Assembly: GCA_040768905.1 (NCBI GenBank)
Contig: JAXGMA010000001.1
Span: 1,451,196 to 1,515,195, forward strand
Direction of reading: 5' to 3'
Source of the DNA: Christensenellales bacterium
GTDB taxonomy: Bacteria; Bacillota; Clostridia; Christensenellales; SZUA-584
DNA length: 64,000 nucleotides
Numbering within the stretch: position 1 is the first letter of the stretch; each line of letters opens with the position of its first letter. Made by a program: the position numbers and the translations under genes. The notes below the pieces were generated by a model, which searched no databases, was not told the origin of the DNA, and was given only the letters and a program-made list of their open reading frames with translations. Of the stretch, positions 59,570-64,000 are shown piece after piece.

Positions 59570-60841
59570 TCATTCCATAAACTCGAATTCAAGCCCCTCG
59601 AGGCTCACTGTATCTCCCGTCTTTGCGCCCGCTTTCCGCAGCGCCTTGATGATGCCGAAATCTTTGAGCAATTTTTGAAAATGGCGCATGGAATCGGGGT
59701 CATGAGGGTCTGTCTTTGCAAGTATCTCGCGGATGACGTTGCCGTCTGCAAAATAAACGCCATCTTCGCTGTATATTTCAAAGCCCATATCATCCTTCTC
59801 CAGTGCCCATTCCTCTATCACGCCGTCTTCGAACACAGCCTGCGGCGCCGGCAGCGTATCGAGGATTTGTGCTGCCCTTTTCATCAGCGCATCCGTACCT
59901 TCGCCTATGGCAGCACAGATCTCAAACATCTCAGTCCCGCTTTTTTCAAGGTAAGCGCGTAGCTTTGCGGCATGCTCCTGTGCCTTAGGTGCATCCATCT
60001 TGTTCGCAGCGACGACCGAAGGCCGCTGCAAAAGGGCCGGAGAGTACCCCGCGACCTCCCGCCGTATCACCTCGTAATCCGCGATAACATCGCGCCCCTC
60101 GGCGCATGAAGCGTCAACGACATGTATCAGCATCCGCGTACGCTCAATATGGCGCAGGAAATCATGCCCGAGCCCTGCACCCTCATGCGCGCCTTCAATA
60201 AGGCCGGGGATATCCGCCATGACAAAGCTTTTTTCATGCACTCTGGCGACGCCCAGATTCGGCGACAATGTGGTGAAATGGTAATCGGCGATTTTCGGGC
60301 GCGCGCTCGTACATGCAGCAAGCAGCGTGGATTTTCCCACACTTGGCAGCCCAATAAGCCCAATATCGGCGATGGATTTGAGTTCGAGTACCACATGGCG
60401 CCCTTTTGTCTTGCGCCCGGGCGTCGCAAAGCGCGGGTTCTGCCTTGTCGGTGTGGCAAAACGCGCATTGCCCTTGCCGCCGCTGCCGCCGGACAACAGC
60501 TTGCGCTGTCCTTCGCGCATGTCCGCTGCGACACGCCCCGTCTCAAAATCTTTGATCACCGTGCCTGCGGGCACGCGGATCAAAAGGTCATCCCCCGTCC
60601 TTCCGCGCATATTCTTCTTTTTGCCGGGCTGCCCGTTTTGTGCGGCATAGCGCTGCTGGTATTTGAAATCCATCAGCGTGCGCATCCCGGAGTCCACCTC
60701 GAAAATGACCGCACCGCCGTCGCCGCCGTCACCGCCGTCCGGCCCGCCCGCATTCACGTATTTTTCCTTCCGGAACGAGACGCAGCCGTTGCCGCCGTCG
60801 CCCGCTTTTATAAAAATCTTAGCTATATCAATAAACATCAT
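59570..60841 (-). CDS. obgE: GTPase ObgE/CgtA
   Basis: GDGGNGCVSFRKEK, GGPDGGDGG, GLPSVGKST, YHFTTL, DIPGLIEGA, NKMD. Confidence 0.97.
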   Translation of the reverse strand: MMFIDIAKIFIKAGDGGNGCVSFRKEKYVNAGGPDGGDGGDGGAVIFEVDSGMRTLMDFKYQQRYAAQNGQPGKKKNMRGRTGDDLLIRVPAGTVIKDFETGRVAADMREGQRKLLSGGSGGKGNARFATPTRQNPRFATPGRKTKGRHVVLELKSIADIGLIGLPSVGKSTLLAACTSARPKIADYHFTTLSPNLGVARVHEKSFVMADIPGLIEGAHEGAGLGHDFLRHIERTRMLIHVVDASCAEGRDVIADYEVIRREVAGYSPALLQRPSVVAANKMDAPKAQEHAAKLRAYLEKSGTEMFEICAAIGEGTDALMKRAAQILDTLPAPQAVFEDGVIEEWALEKDDMGFEIYSEDGVYFADGNVIREILAKTDPHDPDSMRHFQKLLKDFGIIKALRKAGAKTGDTVSLEGLEFEFME

Positions 60842-61464
60842 TGACCCTTTCCATCCCAAGGACAGATATCACTGAGAAAGCAGACAGCGCAGCCTGGCCT
60901 GCGCGCGCTGCAAACATTCCGCCCGTGCCATATCAGCCAGTGGTGCGCGTTTGACCACTTTTCGCGCGGGATGTTTTGCATGAGCTGTTTCTCTGTTTCC
61001 AGCACATCATTTGCGTCTGCGAGCCCTAAACGGTTTGCGACGCGGAACACATGTGTATCCACCGCGATGGCCGGGATGCCAAATGCGTTCGAGAGCACCA
61101 CATTGGCTGTTTTGCGCCCCACACCGGGCAGCGCGGTGAGCTCTTCAAGCGTGCGCGGCACCTTGCCACCATATTTCTGCGTCAATATCCGGCAGGTTGC
61201 CAGTATGTTTTTGGCTTTTGTGCGGTAAAACCCGCAGCTTTTGATATAATCCTCAAGCGTTTCCTGTCCGAGCTGCGCTAAACTTCCCGCATCAGGGATT
61301 TTTGCAAACAGCACCGCCGTCACTGCGTTGACCTGTTTGTCGGTCGTCTGGGCTGAAAGCATCGTGGCGATAAGCAGCTCAAACGCATTGCGGTAACTAA
61401 GCCCGGGGCGCGCGCCGCGGTACTGATTTTGAAGCCGCATAATTATCTGTGCCATATCGCTCAT
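60838..61464 (-). CDS. nth: Endonuclease III
   Basis: LSAQTTD, LPGVGRKTANVV, VDTHV, CxxxxxxCxxCxxxxxC cluster. Confidence 0.96.
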   Translation of the reverse strand: MSDMAQIIMRLQNQYRGARPGLSYRNAFELLIATMLSAQTTDKQVNAVTAVLFAKIPDAGSLAQLGQETLEDYIKSCGFYRTKAKNILATCRILTQKYGGKVPRTLEELTALPGVGRKTANVVLSNAFGIPAIAVDTHVFRVANRLGLADANDVLETEKQLMQNIPREKWSNAHHWLIWHGRNVCSARRPGCAVCFLSDICPWDGKGQ

Positions 61465-61561
61465 GCTATTTTCTCCTGCCGTGTTATTCGCTATTATACT
61501 CATTTTTTACACAAAAGCGCAAGGCGCATAATTTCATCGGCTATGCAAAAAAATAAGGAAC

Positions 61562-62266
61562 ATGTTCAATGTGATCATTAAAACAGTGCTTATTTACTTT
61601 TTCGCCATGTTCGTGATGCGGCTGATGGGAAAACGGCAGGCGGGCGAGCTGCAGCCTTTTGAGCTGATCATTGCCGTGATGATCGCCGAGGTGGCCGCCA
61701 CGCCGATGGACAGCCCGGGCGTTCCCATCACCTACGGCATCGTGCCCGTCGTCGTGCTGCTTTTAATGCACAACGCCATTGCTTTTATTTCGCTCAAAAG
61801 CGAGCGCCTGCGCGGCTTTATCTCCGGCCACCCGAGTATCGTGATACACAAGGGCGTCATCGACAACAAAGAACTCAAAAAACTAAGCTACAATTTGAGC
61901 GATCTTTTAGAGCAGCTGCGCGCCAAAGATGTGATGAGCATCAGTGACGTGCATTATGCCGTGCTTGAGACCAACGGGGAACTGAGCGTCATGCTCAAGC
62001 CTGAAAAGCGCCCCCCTGTGGCTGAAGAGCTTGGCCTCTCGCCGCAAAACCCCGGCTTCTGTTATGACGTGATTCTCGACGGCAAAATGAAGCCAAGAAA
62101 CCTTGAACGCCTCGGTTTTAACGAACAGGCACTGCTCGGCGTATTATCGCAGCACAGCATCCGGCGCGTGCGCGATGTGTTCCTTGCGATGAGCGACGAA
62201 GCAGGCAGCGTACTGCTTCAGGATTACCACGGCAAACAGATGACGGGAAGCATGAGCAATGGCTAA
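61562..62266 (+). CDS. DUF421 (YetF/YrbG) membrane protein
   Basis: RLMGKRQ.GELQPF, LLEQLR, AVLETNGELSV. Confidence 0.88.
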   Translation: MFNVIIKTVLIYFFAMFVMRLMGKRQAGELQPFELIIAVMIAEVAATPMDSPGVPITYGIVPVVVLLLMHNAIAFISLKSERLRGFISGHPSIVIHKGVIDNKELKKLSYNLSDLLEQLRAKDVMSISDVHYAVLETNGELSVMLKPEKRPPVAEELGLSPQNPGFCYDVILDGKMKPRNLERLGFNEQALLGVLSQHSIRRVRDVFLAMSDEAGSVLLQDYHGKQMTGSMSNG

Positions 62267-62639
62267 AAAAATCACGCTCGCCGTGCTTATTGTGCTGCTT
62301 TTAGGCGGCGCATGGTGGCAGAACGCTTTTATCAACGGGGCGACCGAAAGGCTGACTGCACCGCTGGCCAAAGTGCGAAAGGCGCTTGAAAAGGAGGATT
62401 TTGACGAGGCGCACGCAGCAGCGGAAACATTTCTTGCGATGTGGGAAAAAGAGAAACAAACCTATGAGGCGCTTTTTGACCATGACGATATCGACATGAT
62501 ATCCGCGATCGCCAAGCGCATGAAAAGCTACTGCAGCACACGGTTTGGGCAGGCCGCTCTGGCCGAAACGCATGCGCTGCTCTTTTATATTAACCACTTG
62601 AGAGATATCGACAACTTAGGATGGGAGAATATATTCTGA
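62259..62639 (+). CDS. DUF4363-like protein
   Basis: N-terminal TM, W...DHDDID, C-terminal WENIF; follows the DUF421 gene. Confidence 0.72.
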   Translation: MAKKITLAVLIVLLLGGAWWQNAFINGATERLTAPLAKVRKALEKEDFDEAHAAAETFLAMWEKEKQTYEALFDHDDIDMISAIAKRMKSYCSTRFGQAALAETHALLFYINHLRDIDNLGWENIF

Positions 62640-62643
62640 TACA

Positions 62644-63480
62644 TCAGGCCCATGAAAAACTATAGCTGAGCCCATTTTCTATCTCTTCTTTGGTCAGCAG
62701 ATTGGGGTCTTCAAAGACGATGGCCCCGGGCAGCCCCGTCTGTTTGGCGCACACTTCAAAATGGCACGCCGCGATGCCCATATCCAGCCGCTGCAGACAA
62801 AACCCAAACAACAGATTTCCGGCATAACGCTTGCTCTGCATCAGGTAAAAATGGCACTTGCCGTCGTGCATCAGCACACGCCACGGCTGTTTATTGGAAG
62901 CCGAGGGGCCAAGGCGCACCACCTCAAGGCATTCCCTGAGCGGCGAATCCATAAGAACAAGCGGCTTTGAGAAGCTGCCGTAGAAGAAAATTTCTTCGAA
63001 GGCCTTGCGGATGGCACTGCCTGCGCCGGCTGTGACTATTTTCTCCACCAGCGATCTGTTCTGCGCCTCATAGCCTAAGGGTGAAATGGCCGGTATGATC
63101 TCGTCTCCCGATGACAGCAGTTTTTCCGCCTTTTTGCGCTGAAAACCGCCGAGCCAGCATGTACCCAGCCCGAGCGATGTGGCATAAAGCACAGCTTTTT
63201 CAAACACGTAGCCGAAGCCTTCGATATCAAGCCCGCCTTTTTTGACGCAGCCGCCGAAAAAATGTTTCGCGCCCCTGATCGCGCCGTATGTGCCGATTTT
63301 CAAGCCTTCCGGAAGCGCCATCATTTCAAGCCGCACATCCGCCCCAAAAGGGTTTTCCTTTTCGGACGCCAAAAAAGCCTCAAACTTTTTGATTTTATCA
63401 GGCTCAATCTCGCTGTGCGCATAAGTACGCACAGACCTTCTCTTTTTAATCAGTTCAATAACGTCCGTTTCCCATTCCAC
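62644..63480 (-). CDS. Nitroreductase family protein
   Basis: RRSVRTY, LGTCWLGG, PSASNKQPWR, LDMGIAACHF. Confidence 0.9.
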   Translation of the reverse strand: MEWETDVIELIKKRRSVRTYAHSEIEPDKIKKFEAFLASEKENPFGADVRLEMMALPEGLKIGTYGAIRGAKHFFGGCVKKGGLDIEGFGYVFEKAVLYATSLGLGTCWLGGFQRKKAEKLLSSGDEIIPAISPLGYEAQNRSLVEKIVTAGAGSAIRKAFEEIFFYGSFSKPLVLMDSPLRECLEVVRLGPSASNKQPWRVLMHDGKCHFYLMQSKRYAGNLLFGFCLQRLDMGIAACHFEVCAKQTGLPGAIVFEDPNLLTKEEIENGLSYSFSWA

Positions 63481-64000
63481 GCATCACACCTCCAATGATT
63501 CTGCTGGTCCCCCAGTTTTGCCTTCGCATCCCCACATTAATCACCAGCCCGAAGGCGATCATGTTGGTCAGCAGGTGCGAGCCTCCGTAGCTCAAAAACG
63601 GCAGAGGTATGCCCGATATGGGCATCACGCCGATGTTCATGCCGATATTTTGGAAAACATGGAACAGCGTCATCGCCATCACACCGACCACGATCAGCAT
63701 GCCGAATTCGTCTTTGGCTCTTGACGCGATATACATTGTGCGGAATATCAGCGCAAAATACAGCACGATCAGCAGCAAAGCCCCCACAAATCCAATGGCC
63801 TCGGCAGTGGTCGCAAATATAAAATCCGTATGTTTTGCGGCGATATGAGTCAAGCGGCTTTCCCCTCCCAGCGAAAAAAGCCCCTTGCCGGAAAGCTGGC
63901 CTGAGCCGACAGCAATCTTTGCCTGATTGGCCTGGCGTGAAAGATCTTCAAATTGCTGCTCGGTCAGCGTTTCAGTCTGAATCCCAAAAAAAGTGTAAAA
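63455..64000 (-). CDS. rodA: RodA/FtsW/SpoVE SEDS protein, 3' part
   Basis: Open from the window edge: QAKIAVGSGQLSGKG, HTDFIF, NIGMNIGVMPISGIPLPFLSYGGS. Confidence 0.88.
   Translation of the reverse strand, partial: FYTFFGIQTETLTEQQFEDLSRQANQAKIAVGSGQLSGKGLFSLGGESRLTHIAAKHTDFIFATTAEAIGFVGALLLIVLYFALIFRTMYIASRAKDEFGMLIVVGVMAMTLFHVFQNIGMNIGVMPISGIPLPFLSYGGSHLLTNMIAFGLVINVGMRRQNWGTSRIIGGVMRGMGNGRY

Overview
Low-to-moderate-GC bacterial chromosome segment, almost certainly an anaerobic Firmicute (Clostridia-like promoters, RBSs and gene content; finer taxonomy not determinable here). Positions 1-53.7 kb are a dense, mostly minus-strand carbohydrate/amine catabolic region. It holds two sugar ABC systems, two lactonases, SDR/Zn/Gfo-Idh dehydrogenases, four sugar kinases, a GH4 phospho-glucosidase, an StsC/BtrR-like aminotransferase and an orphan ~590-aa cobalamin-binding enzyme clustered with a class III aminotransferase and a broken alanine dehydrogenase. 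It also holds an archaeal-type gap-pgk plus malic enzyme plus LarA operon. Most notable are three glycyl-radical enzyme modules in tandem (one YbiW-like, one divergent YbiW-like, one PflD-like), each with its own activase, kinase and regulator. Two recurring DNA motifs read directly from the sequence tie the region into candidate regulons: a 14-bp palindrome at fixed spacing in four promoters (GntR) and a 39-bp motif in three promoters (AraC). After two tRNA-Met genes at 54.1-54.3 kb come mostly ordinary genes (mscL, frameshifted LRR lipoprotein, metal transporter, yhbY, obgE, nth, DUF421, DUF4363, nitroreductase, rodA partial). All family assignments are from motif recognition by eye; no database searches were run.
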